Assembly (NCBI GenBank): GCA_044226015.1 | Contig: JBGAHS010000001.1 | Coordinates: 544,001-608,000 of the forward strand | DNA length: 64,000 nt | Source of the DNA: Candidatus Obscuribacteraceae bacterium | Lineage (GTDB): Bacteria > Cyanobacteriota > Vampirovibrionia > Obscuribacterales > Obscuribacteraceae | Direction: 5' to 3' | Shown here: positions 19,024-30,900 of the stretch, piece after piece | Numbering within the stretch: position 1 is the first letter of the stretch | Layout of the letters: each line of letters opens with the position of its first letter | Program-made: the position numbers and the translations under genes | Notes under the pieces: generated by a model | Databases searched by the model: none | Seen by the model: the letters and a program-made list of their open reading frames with translations, nothing else | What the model was told of the DNA's origin: nothing

Positions 19024-21741
19024 ATGTATAAAGTTACAAGGCGCCCCAATCTATTGCCATTCATCCTACTACTTGCCGTTGGCATAGCGGTGTCGATCTA
19101 CGCTCCTGAGCTCTTCAAAGACGCTAAGGGCGATATTCCGGCAGTTGCTCTTTACCCCGGTGAGATAGCAATAGCGCTCATTCTGAGCGTGCTGATGTTT
19201 GAAAACGCAACGCCAACGGAGTTGATCAAGATCGCAGCAGTGATGCTACTGATCTCCTTCCTCGATGGTGCATTGTGCAATTTCATCGGTCAGCATACAG
19301 TGATGATGCCTGACAATACCGTGCAGCTGAATTGGGTTCAATTGATCGCAATCAACCTCACAGGTATGGGCGGCATCATGTCGTTGTTCACTACCGAGTC
19401 TGACCAGGGCTTGCCGACAAGCTCTCGTCCGCCAGCAGCCAAAGAGCCTCAAAAGGAAGCGGCTGCTCCATCCAAGATTGACTTCAGCCCAGCAGAAGAT
19501 AAGGCTGGGTTCGACAAAGAACGCAAAGAGCAGCTTGATATAAAAGCTCAACCTGCACCCGAACGTGTTTCTCTAGAGTCATTGTTCGCTGAAGAAGGAA
19601 CAGCTTCGGCAGCGACAGTAAATCGTGAACCTGCTAAGCCAGCTCCTGAGCCAGTCAAGGCTGCCGAGCCAGTCAAAGCCCCTGAGCCAGTCAAAGCTCC
19701 TGAGCCAGCACCAGCACCGGTGGCGGAAGTTAAACCAGCTCCGACACCAGAACCTGTTAAAGAGCCAGAGCCAGTTAAGGCTCCTGAGCCAGTAAAAGAA
19801 CCAGAGCCTGTAGCGGCTGCACCTGAACCAACGAAAACGCCCGAACCAGCATCTGGTTTGCTCGGCGATGTAAGCAGCGATATTGAAGACATCTTCGGTT
19901 CGCTAGTAGGTGAAGCTTCACAGAAAGATTTCGCCCCTTCCAAAAAAGAAGAGGAGAAAGCTGCAGCTCCTGCTGCAGAACCAGCTCCGGCTCCAGCTCC
20001 AGAACCTGCGCCAGCTCCTGCCGCAGAAACTCCTCCAGCGGCTCCTGCCGAGTCGTTTGGACCCAAACTCACCGATGCTGGCAGCAGCGCCAAAGCCGCT
20101 GTCAAAGAATTCGGAAAACTTTCCGCTACAGCTGCGGGCAAGCCAGAAGCAACTGGTACGTTGAAGACCATTGGTCAGATGTTGCTCGACACTGCAGCAG
20201 TTGAAAAAATCATCAAGCAAGCAGATAAGAATGAAGGCGGCACTAAGTGGCGTGTACTCACCGTTGACCGCGGTGCAAACCTTCAAGCTCTGATGGATTT
20301 GATGACCACCTATGAGGGTGTTGAGAGCGCTCTCTTGATGGGCAAAGATGGACTTCTCTTGAGCAATACAGAGTCACTGTCAGCGCTCAAGTACGTTTTT
20401 GGACCTCTCTCACTTGCGATGCACAGCACCACCAATCTTGGTACAGCTAAATTGCACATGGGCGAGCTCAGGCAGATGGTTCTTCGCTCAGGCGATAAAC
20501 TCGCCGTGCTGACAGACGTAGGTTCAGCCATCCTTGCCGTATTCGGAAATTGGGATGCAGCTAAGCTCGATGGATTGATGAATCACATCAATAAGGGTGT
20601 TGCTGGTTCAGATGCTGTTGGTGGCGATCTTCCAGCTGAGGAAGAACCACCCGCACTATCGAGTGAACCGGCTCCAGCAGCAGCTGCGCCAGCTCCTCCT
20701 CCCGCTGCACCGGCACCAGCGCCGGCACCAGCGAAGGAAGAACCAGCCGGTGGAGTGCTCAATGTTTCCGATAACGAAATGAGCGATCTCTTCGACAATC
20801 TTCTTTCCGAAGATTCCTCCGATAAGAAGAAAGAAGCTCCAGCCGCGGCTCCTGCGCCTGCAAAGGAAGAACCCAAAGGTGGAGTACTCAACGTTTCTGA
20901 CAATGAGATGAGTGATCTCTTCGATAATTTGTTGTCTGAAGAGTCCACTGATAAGAAGAAAGAAGCAGCAGCTCCTGCTCCTCAAGCGGCTCCAGCCCAA
21001 CCAGCTGCAGCTGAGCAGAAGGGCGGACTCATGAATGTTTCTGATTCAGAAGTTGGCGAATTGTTCGATAATCTACTTGGTGGCGGTGATGCCAAAGACG
21101 CTAAAAAGTCTATGGACTTCAGCCCCGCAGACAAAGAAAAGCCTGCCGAAGCAGCACCCGCTGCAGCCGAAAAGAAAAAGCCAGAAGGTAAGCCTCCTGA
21201 GCAAATCAAAGAATTCGGCAAATTGTCGGTAGCTGCATCTAAGCAAGATGTCGGCAATGAAGCCGGAGCTATGAAAGCAATCGGCCGTCAGTTGATTGAC
21301 GTTCAAGCTGTAGAAAACATCATCAAAGCTGGCGAAAAGCGTGAGAAGATCGGGTCTGGTTTGACGACCGCTCGTGTAATCAGCGCAGCTCGCGGTGAAG
21401 GTATCAAAACCTTGCTCAGCAAAATTGATACTTATGAGGGTGTCATCGGCAGTTTGATTGTGGGTCACGATGGACTTGTTATTGCCTCAACCCTCCAGGG
21501 TGGCATCGACAAGGATATGATGGGCGCTATGTGTACAGCTATCCACAGCCACCTCGATGTAGCTGCTAAAAAGTTGGACCATGGCAAACTTCAGCAATCG
21601 GTATTTTTCGGTGATAGCGGAAACAAGCTTACCGTAATGACTGCCGTTGCTGTTGGAATTCTGGCAGTGTTTGTGGACGGTGCTGGATTTGAGAGAGTAG
21701 ATGGATTGCTTCAAGCAATCGACACTACTGTTCGCGGTTAA
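19024..21741 (+). CDS. Membrane-anchored protein with Pro/Ala/Glu-rich linkers and two Roadblock/LC7 (MglB-like) domains
   Basis: About 4 N-terminal TM helices; two copies of YEGV..(A/S)L(L/I)(M/V)G.DGL(L/V)...(G)(E/K)L(R/Q)Q...G.L.V..V...ILAVF. Confidence 0.8.
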   Translation: MYKVTRRPNLLPFILLLAVGIAVSIYAPELFKDAKGDIPAVALYPGEIAIALILSVLMFENATPTELIKIAAVMLLISFLDGALCNFIGQHTVMMPDNTVQLNWVQLIAINLTGMGGIMSLFTTESDQGLPTSSRPPAAKEPQKEAAAPSKIDFSPAEDKAGFDKERKEQLDIKAQPAPERVSLESLFAEEGTASAATVNREPAKPAPEPVKAAEPVKAPEPVKAPEPAPAPVAEVKPAPTPEPVKEPEPVKAPEPVKEPEPVAAAPEPTKTPEPASGLLGDVSSDIEDIFGSLVGEASQKDFAPSKKEEEKAAAPAAEPAPAPAPEPAPAPAAETPPAAPAESFGPKLTDAGSSAKAAVKEFGKLSATAAGKPEATGTLKTIGQMLLDTAAVEKIIKQADKNEGGTKWRVLTVDRGANLQALMDLMTTYEGVESALLMGKDGLLLSNTESLSALKYVFGPLSLAMHSTTNLGTAKLHMGELRQMVLRSGDKLAVLTDVGSAILAVFGNWDAAKLDGLMNHINKGVAGSDAVGGDLPAEEEPPALSSEPAPAAAAPAPPPAAPAPAPAPAKEEPAGGVLNVSDNEMSDLFDNLLSEDSSDKKKEAPAAAPAPAKEEPKGGVLNVSDNEMSDLFDNLLSEESTDKKKEAAAPAPQAAPAQPAAAEQKGGLMNVSDSEVGELFDNLLGGGDAKDAKKSMDFSPADKEKPAEAAPAAAEKKKPEGKPPEQIKEFGKLSVAASKQDVGNEAGAMKAIGRQLIDVQAVENIIKAGEKREKIGSGLTTARVISAARGEGIKTLLSKIDTYEGVIGSLIVGHDGLVIASTLQGGIDKDMMGAMCTAIHSHLDVAAKKLDHGKLQQSVFFGDSGNKLTVMTAVAVGILAVFVDGAGFERVDGLLQAIDTTVRG

Positions 21742-21767
21742 ATAAGACGAAAAAGAAGAAGTGAATG

Positions 21768-21794
21768 GGGCGGTGCGAGAGCATCGCCCTTTTC
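21768..21794 (+). terminator. Intrinsic terminator
   Basis: GGGCGGTGC-GAGA-GCATCGCCC-TTTT. Confidence 0.8.
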
Positions 21795-21910
21795 TCTTGC
21801 GTCAATCAACCAAGCTATCTGCTACGTTCCACAGTGAGTAAAAAGAGGAAAGTGTTGCTTCGTTCGCGATGATGCTGCATGAATGTGCAATTCATTTCAG
21901 TATGATTTCG

Positions 21911-21952
21911 AAAAAAGAAAGAGCGTTCATTCTATGCAGAACGAACGCTCTT
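21911..21952 (-). terminator. Intrinsic terminator of the giant gene
   Basis: AAGAGCGTTC..GAACGCTCTT stem, followed on the minus strand by TCTTTTTT. Confidence 0.8.
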
Positions 21953-21971
21953 CATGAGGAATGGTGACCTA

Positions 21972-24900
21972 TTACTTCATAGCCGATAGCGGTCGTGAAT
22001 ATTGCTGGTAGGGACCCTTTCCTTTGTTCATATTTAGGGTCACGGCTGTTGTTTTCAGAATACTATTGAGCAATTTCCTAGCTTGAGGTCTTTCTGTTGT
22101 AAGCATTGTTCTCAGCGGTTTGACCGCAGAAATCGTTGAGAGAACAGAGAATTCCGAGCTATGTAGTTTCCATCCATTCCCCAAATTCTGAGAACTCAAG
22201 TTTCGATGTGAGATAGCTTCGAGCTTATTTAGTTCGGCAAACTCTCCCATGAATTGAGGAGCAAGCGTGAGATGCATTCCTGGTGCAAGATGGTAGCTGC
22301 CAAAAGCGCTGTTGATCTTCACTGAACCAGCAGCAGTGTCATGAAGGTCAAAAATAGAAATCATCTCTGAGTTGCTGCTTAGCAAAACAACAGCTCCAGC
22401 TTTAATGCTGATGGTTCCCTGGGGAATTTTGAGTTCTAAGTCTTTGCTTGGTGCTAGCAGGAACTTGCCTTCCTCAATCGATAGATTCTGCTTTTCATGA
22501 ATGCTCTCAATTCCGAGGTCTAGATCACTGTATACCTCAGCTGAGATACTCGCGCTCTGCACCTTATCGATAAACGAGGATGATTCATCTTTGGATATTC
22601 CACCAAACAATGCTCTTGTTTTTTCGGAGGCGATATCGGCTCCATTTGATGTCGCTTGCTTCACGAGGGCGTTAGTTGTAGCTGTCCTGGAAACTATCTG
22701 AGTGTCCGCAAAAACGGTAGAAAGGGCGTTCATCTCGGCTGGCATAGATATGTTTACCGAAGATTTCTGTCCTCCCGATGTTCCATTCAAAGCAGCACTC
22801 TGAGTCAGGTTTGGAATTCCACTAGAAATGGAATTGCCAGCCGTCGAGTGATTGTTACTTTGCTGTGTTGAATGCAGAGGCGATGCAATCGCTGGTGTAG
22901 AGCTTGTTGGGACGGCGAGCGATAAGGATGCTAGTGGTGGGTCGGCAGTTATAGTTGTTGGGGACCCACCATTTACTGTGATGGCGGATGCTGGCAATTT
23001 TCCTGTATTGAATATGACGTTTTTGCCGATAGCATTTAAGAAGACTGCCGAAGGTACGCCGCCTATCTTGATGCCATTCGTGCCATAGAATATTTTTCCG
23101 CCACCGCTCTCCGTTATATTTGCGGGCGGTAGGTTAGATGGGGCTGTCCCCTGCACAGGAGTCTTTGAGAGAGTTCCTATTATGATGTTGACGTTACCTC
23201 CACCGACGCCGCTTGTTGCAATCGTGCCAGCAGCGCCGATAAGTATAGAACCCGCTGTGCTGTTGCTATTTTCCAGAGTGATTACAGACGGTGCTGATTT
23301 GTTTGTTCCAGCAGCAAGAATCTGAGCACTAACCGCCGTCTGAAGTAAACCAGCAGCAGCTGCGATAACGGTAATGGAACCGTTAGTCGTTGAGATGCTG
23401 TTCAGAGTGAGGGGGCCGCTCGCGTTAAGGGTGAAGCTGCCGCCGGCGCTTGAATTGTTCAATACCATGGCAGTCTTATTGCTGTTTTTTAAGTTCACCA
23501 GACCTGCAGTGCCTGTGTTAGCGCTAAAAACTGCCGCTGCCAGGTTAAGCGCAGTCTTGCTGCTTCCGATGTTGCCGAAGCTGCTGGAGAGAATCAGGTC
23601 GCTCGAGGCTTTGAGTAAGCCGGTTCCACTTATGTCGCCAGTAGTTGTGCTGAGCGTGACAAAAGTAGTTGTTTTGCCTCCCACGGGTTTGTTTAGGACA
23701 ATGCTGCCCACGCTTGAGGTAGAGTCTAAGGTTATCTTCGTTGCTGAAATACTGGCGTTGTTGATGATTCCCGCTCCAGAGTAGAGCGTGAAGTCAGATG
23801 CGCTGGTCGCTGATTTCAATGTGACGGGGACGGCTCCAGTGTTGAGAATGTTAGCTGTACCAGTTGAGTTCGCTGACAAGTTACTCGTTTGTACAATTAG
23901 GGCTCCGATTGGGGTACCCAGATTTCCGCTAGCACTTACGAGGGAGACTGTCGTGGCGCTGATTGCCTGCGTACTTGTTGTATTTATACTACCAGTTCCA
24001 GTTGCCGTCAGGCTTATGGTGCCACCAAGGCTGGTGGCGCTAATTTTCTCGCCTACATTTATGTCTTTTCCGCTTGTGCTGGTCTTTAGTGTAACTGATT
24101 TGCCGGCGGTGATGCTGCCGCTGGTGTTAATGGTAGATGATGAGAGTAGCGTAAATGTAGAGCTGCTGCCGGTTGCTGAAGACGCACCAAGGTTCAGCGC
24201 GGCGCTTCCTGTACTGGTCAGGTTGATGCTTGCTGATGAATTAGCAAAGAGATTACTAGTGTTTACTTTAATTCCGTTGATGCTTCCGGTTTCCGTTGTT
24301 AGTCGAACGGTGTTTGCTTGAACAGGCGATTTCAATGAAATCGTGCCTGTGCCACCAGCCTTTATTTGAATTTCAACGGTTGAGGCGCTACCCAGTTGTG
24401 AGCCGACGCTTATCGTTCCTTTTGCTGCACCGCTTGTGTCCAGCATTACAGTGCCCGGAGAAGTGAGTGGCTGGGTGCCTGTTGTGATAGCTCCCCCGCG
24501 GTTGCTTACAGAAATTACTCCTGTTCCTAGAGCCGTCGATCCATTCGAAATAGTTATGAGTCCCTTGATACCGTTTGTTATCTTGGCACTTGCACTCTGA
24601 TTCAATAAGAATGCGGTGCTGGAGTTAGATGATAAATAGACGGAGCCGCCGTTGCCGCCATTCGCGCCGCTAGCGAAAGTCAACGGTGCTGTAACTAAGA
24701 GATTTCCTGAGGACTTCGAGCCCGCAGTTAAGCTGAGCGATGCGCCAGTGCCTGTTGAGCTGCTGGGTCCGAGATTAAAGAGGCTAGCTGATGGATTTAC
24801 CGTCAGGTTGCCACCGGCGCTGAAACTGAAGCTGCCACCGTTTACTCCACTTGTACTTACCTGGAGATTATTTTCGTTAAGAGTGTATGCTGCAGCAGAA

Positions 24901-27900
24901 TTTAGGTTGTATATAACCTTACCTCCATTGCCGCTGCCGGTTCCACTTGCGTCAAGAATCAAAGGCAGCGATTTAGAGATTACATTAGACGCAGCGATAA
25001 CCAGTGTGCCACCATTTTGAGATGCATCTGTTGCGGCAGTGAGTTGGGAAGATGGGAAGGCTGAAATATCGATGGTGCCAAATCCGGCGTCCAGCGTAAT
25101 CTGGTGAGCTAACGGATTCGAAGCCAGGCTTATCTTGTAGTTGCTAGGTCCTCCCGTATACAAAGCCATAGAGTTCTGTCCTGCATTTACAGTTCCTGCA
25201 ATGCTGATATCCTGCGCGAGATTTCCATCGCTTACAGTGAAGCCACCCTTGCTTATAGCTCCCGCACTTACTACTACAGGGGCATTAGTCTGTGTGACAG
25301 ATCCAGACCTGATGGTGATCGACCCCGAATTGCTGAGTAGGGTGGCAGAAGTGTTCAGGCTGTTGGCTTTTACTCCAAAACCCATAATAGTGATGTTACC
25401 CGAGTTGAGGTTTCCACCTGATGTGGTGATATCTTTTAGAACTGCTGTTCCGCCGTGTGCCACCACCGTTACATCACCGCCACCAAGAGTGCCTGTTGTA
25501 TCGATATTCACTGCATGCCCGCTCGTGTTGAGCAAAATCGAACCACTGCCACTTTGATTGAGAGTGTATTGTGTTTGGTCGGGACCCGCTGTGCCGGAGG
25601 TACTCGGTAGGAATGTATAACCTGCAATGAGTGTCAAGTTGTATCCATGTCCAGCTGACGAAGATAGATTCAATGTCAGATTGTCTGCACCTGTGTTGAT
25701 GATGTCGCCAGCCGAGAGGATTGTTAGATTAGAGCTGTATTGCAGTGTTGGAAGCTTGGACAAATCGATTGGACCCGAGCTATTTGCGATAGTCGCTCCG
25801 CTGTTAGATGCAAAAATCAGTTTTGACTGCGGGTTTGTTGCTGGGTGCAATTCAATTGTGCTATTCGAATTTCCGGTAACCAGTTTGTTTGTGTTCAGGT
25901 ATACCGTGGTGTTATTTGTTTGAAAGTCCAGAACTACATTTCCATCAATAGTCACCGAAGAGCTGTCACCAGAGTTCGCTGTTAAGTTGACTGTTCCTGC
26001 TGGAGTTCCATTAAATACGAACTGCGTCGTGCTCGCAAATTCAAGGCTTGGATAAGTGCCTGTCTGATTATTTCCTTGAGCTATGAAGTTGATAGAGCCA
26101 TTGTTGACTGACGAGAAAACGCCTGAAGCGTTTCCTGTGATTTGAACATCCTGTCCGAGGGCTCCTGTGACAAAGATGTCCCCGCTGGATGTTATCTGTC
26201 CAGAATTGTCGAGGAACATGGCTTTTCCGTTCCCGAAGCTTCCATTGACTGTCGCCCCCTGTATGCGCACCTGGCTGCCATTCAGTGATGCGCCTGAATT
26301 CACAGTGACCTTATCTGTGTATATGGTTATGTCAGTTGCGTTATTGCTACCATCGAACGCTATTGAAGAACTTGAGGAAAGAAGCAATGTTGAAGCTTTT
26401 GCGTTGTTTAGTGAGCTAGCGCTCTTAAGCCCAAGATAGGCAGCTCCTGATGTTTTTAGATCAAGATTAATCGAGCCATTTCCATTCGAGAGGTTTATTC
26501 GGTTGGATAGTGTGCCGAAGTTTCCGCTGCCGTCGCCGTCTTTTCCGCTAAGGGTGGAAATGAGTCGAATATTTGAGGATATGAGACTTGAGCCGTTGGA
26601 TGAGCTTAGTAGTCCTTGCTGATCAATGCCAACGGAAATGCCAGTAGAAGCGGTGATGTCACCGGAAAAACTAATGTTGGATTTTGTTGAGTTGAGGTTG
26701 ATTTGCGCACCGTTAACTGGTCCAACAGATACTCCACCAGCGCCAGTGCTGATGCTGATGTCACCATTCCCGCTGGTGCCGGCTTTGCTTCCGCTAGCAC
26801 CTTTAATTCCTTGCGCGGTGGTTGTGCCACCGCCACTGCCGCCGGTGCCAGGGGCTCCTAGCCCTACTCCTCCGACTCCTGCGACGATAGCTATATTGAA
26901 TGTTCCAGCGTTACCTCCGGCGTTGGAGAGCCCTGGTGAGCCTGGAGTGCCTGCCTTCAAAGAATCTCCTGAGCCACCAGATCCACCGGCATTATAGCTT
27001 CCACCGCTTCCTCCGCCATTTGCCAGATTAGCTTGGTTTCCACCGCCACCACCGCCGCCGCCGAAGAATCCTGCACCGCCGCCGCCGCCGACACCATTTT
27101 GACTTGTTATGCCGTAGCCACCGCCGCCACCGCCGCCGCCGCCGCCATAGCTTCCGCCACCGCCGCCGCCTCCTCCTCCATTAGATTGAGTCGAGCCGCC
27201 AGCACCGCCTATACCTCCGTCGCCACCGGCAAGCGCGAAGGTGCTTCCAGCTATGTTTACTCCCTGGGCTGCCGTGATGCTGATTTTTCCTGCGGTTCCG
27301 CCAGCTCCGGCTACACCACCGGCGCCATTCTGGGCTCCGCCGCCACCACCGCCGCCGCCTCCTCCTCCAGAGCTGTTGACGTTTGCCCCAATCTGGATGC
27401 TACCTGTGTCACTGTTTATGCTGATGTTTCCGCCTGAGCCGCCGGCTCCACCCTGCTGCCCGACGGCTCCCGCACTTGTCCCGCCACCGAAGCCGCCCCC
27501 GCCACCGCCACCGAAGCTCAAAACGTTGCTTGTAACAGCAATGTTGCCGCCGACATCTATAAGTACGCTACCGCCCGAGCTACCACTTGTGGCGTTTGCT
27601 CCGTTAACGGATTTTCCGCCCAGTCCCGCAGTGATAATTGAGTTTACTGTAACTGCGCCGCTGCCCTTTAATTGCACGCTGCCACTGCTGGTGGTGATAT
27701 CGCTTGTCAGAATGCTTCCTAGTTGTGAGCTTCCTACTCCAATTGATGACTGTGCTACGCCATTGCTGAAGCTAATGCCACCTGACACATCAGGCTCAAA
27801 CATTAGCAGCTGAACATTGCCGCCCCCGCCTGGCGCAGTTGCGATGCTGCTTATGTTCTGTGCTACCAATGTGTCAGAGCCACTAGAAGAAGCGCCTGCA

Positions 27901-30900
27901 ATGACTGTGATTGAACCACCCGAGCTATTACCTGTCGAAGTTACGTTAGCAATATTGATGAAACCTACTCCATCAGTTGTCGATTTCCCGTAAGCCGCAA
28001 GAATTATTTGTCCTCCCGCGCCTGAGCTTGAGGACGCATTCAATGAAGTACTTGCAAGAAGAATTGAACCTCCGGAATTGCTTGCGCCAGTCACTGTCAT
28101 AGTGCCTGGAGTCGAACTGTTGATTGTATACTGTGCGCCTGCTATCAACGAGAGACTTCCGCTGGCAGAGCTGCCTGATGTATCTAGTGTTTGAGCTTTT
28201 CCCGTGTTCTGTATTATGTTTTGCCCCGCAACTGCAAGAAATGAAATTCCTTTTGAAGAGGGGAAGAAGGCCGTGTTATTGAAAATTCCATCCAGCGAAA
28301 TGGTGCCTTGAGCAGATAGGCTCAAAGCTGAACCTGCGCCGCTTAGTTTGAAACTACCAGTTCCGGCAAGTGATAGATTTCCATTACTGTCTAGCGCCAA
28401 TGCCTTTGCTGTCCCAGGGTCTACAGCTCCGTTGTTAACGATTTGCGCACTCCTCAGATAAGCACCTGATGTAGCGCTGAGCTGAGATAGATTGCTTATC
28501 TGCAACGTGGAATTCGACGATAAAGCCAACTGTGTTGTTGCGATAGTGCCACTTACCGCGAGGTCATTTCCTGCAGTGATATCCAGCACCGCTGCGCTGA
28601 ACGAACCAAGGGTTGAATATTGGGACTGGTTTTGTACGTAAGCATCACCTGAAGTCGAACCATGGATGAATCCTGCGGAAACTCCAAAAGGTGCCGTAGG
28701 GCTTCCGATGCCTCCTATTCCCGCCTGCACATTGATGGAATCGGCTGTTACCGCTAGCCCACCGGGAGAACTTATGCTTCCGGCAGGTCCAGAAGCGAGG
28801 AATACTGCACCTGCATCAATTGAAACGATGCTAATGCTGCCGCTTGGAGCTCCTGAACTAAATGAACCTGTCAGCATGCCCTGTAACACTGTAGTGCCAG
28901 GTGCGGCGATTGGGTGCGTTGCGGTGATACTAACGTTGCCCTTAATTTGACCAGTTGCGTTGATAGTGCCTAATGTTACTCCGGGTCCAAGAATCTCAAC
29001 TGAGCCAGCGCTTCCTTTGCTTGCGTGTGTGTCGATGACGGAGATGCTCGTGGTGCCCTCGTAATTGGCTACAGTAACGTTGCCTCCCTGTGAGGTGCCC
29101 GAAGTGCTAATAGAGCCAATTACTATTGAGCTGCTCCCAAAGGATGATTGGAAGCTGTTAAACGTAGTGAGCAAATCAGGATTCGTAGTGGTTCCGAATG
29201 AACCAAGCGGTAAATAATTTGAATTTGCGATTAGAGTGAGATTCCCTCCCCCCGAACTCAGGCTGCTTAAGTCGATTGAGTTACCATGAATTCCCATTGA
29301 CGAAATAAGAGCCAGGCTTTGCCCGTTAAAGGAAATTGTGTCGAAGTCAATGTCTGTGAGACTGGCAACCGTACCTGCGCCAGTTGTGTTAACAGTCACC
29401 TGTTTCGCATCATATTTGCCGGCTGCGGTGGTACTTGCGCTGTTCAACACTATCTTTCCCGCAGCTATGGAGTCAGCGGCGAACGGCGAGCTGCTAAATC
29501 CACTGGCCGGGTAGTGGGTGCCTATCGTGCTCGTGACCGAGATTGTTCCAGCGCTCAGCGTGACAGTGCCATCTGCGCCATTGCTACCTGAAAGTACGGA
29601 AGAGCCTCCTGCGCCGCCAGGTCCTCCCTGTCCGAAATTTCCTCCAGGAAGTGGGAACTGTCCGCCGCCGCTCCCAAATACGCCAGGGTCGCCCGGTCCG
29701 ACTCCGCCACCAAAAGCGCCACCTCCACCAGTGCCCGAGCCTAGCAAGCCGCCACCGCCACCGCCGAAGTAGCCACCGCCGCCGGAGGCTGGGTTCGTTA
29801 GACCTCCGACAGCGCCACCGCCGCCACCGAACGCCCCGCCACCACCGCCGTAGAGCGCTGAACCATCTCCGCCTCCATTTCCTCCGCCAGCTGCAAGTAT
29901 GGGACCTGTTGATGTAAGCGCCTGACCAGCAGAAAGGGTTATGTTGCCTGAAGCCCCGCCTGTACCGCCTGCAAACTGATAACTGGCTCCGCCGCCTCCG
30001 CCAGACGCATTCACGTCGCCGCTTATACTCAGGCTACCGATTGATGAACTGACGTCGATTGTTCCGCCGGAGCCTCCGCTACCTCCCTGCGCACCGAAGT
30101 TGAATTGTGCACCAGAACCTCCCCCACCATATGCTTGCAGGGAACCGGTGTTGACCGAACCGTGAGCATGCACATTGATGTTGCCGCCATCGGCTCCATT
30201 CGATGCCTGGTCCAGAATGTTGGCGCCACCACCGGCGGTGATCAGATCTCCGGCCTTGATTTGGGCATTTTGTGTTAACGATGAACTTGCCGTTATGCTG
30301 CTGTTATCTGCAGAGTTCAAATTCCCGGGCAGAACGATCGAAGCTTGTCCTGGAGTATCAGAATTGACTATGGGTTGTGCAGCCAGAATGCTAATGTTAC
30401 CGCTATGGGAATCGCGTCCGCCACTGGTTGTTATCGAGCCCGTCGACACTGCAACGCTGATGGAGTCTGAACCGCCTGCAATTATTGTTACGTTTCCACC
30501 ATTTCCGCCGCTTGAAAAAAGACCTGGGTTTCCGGTTGTATTAATTGAATTCGTTGCCGTGTTTAGTTTGACGTAACCGCTAGTGCCTCCATTTGCGAAA
30601 GCCGCCAGGGTGACATTGCCACCGCTAGTAGTGCTATGAGTGTCAATCGCGGCGCCTGTGGTGTTGCTGGTGAGGTCAATGCTTCCTCCAGTGCTGCTGG
30701 GCCCACTGATTGTCACTGAGCTGACACTTGAGGTGCTTGGGGGAATTGCCGTGACTGAACTGCCACCATTGATGCTCGTGACGTTTGCTCCTGCGACCAT
30801 TAGTATGTCGAATCCAGGACTTACTATCGACGCTGAGTTGTCGAGTCCTATGATGTTGCCGCTTGCGATAATCGCAACGTTTTCTCCAAAGGTGTTTGTG

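Noticed and set aside
19630..21080. CRISPR-like or mobile repeats (GAGCCAGTCAA.. units; two long near-identical segments)
   Set aside because: All are in-frame coding repeats of the Roadblock protein, with no unique spacers and no cas genes
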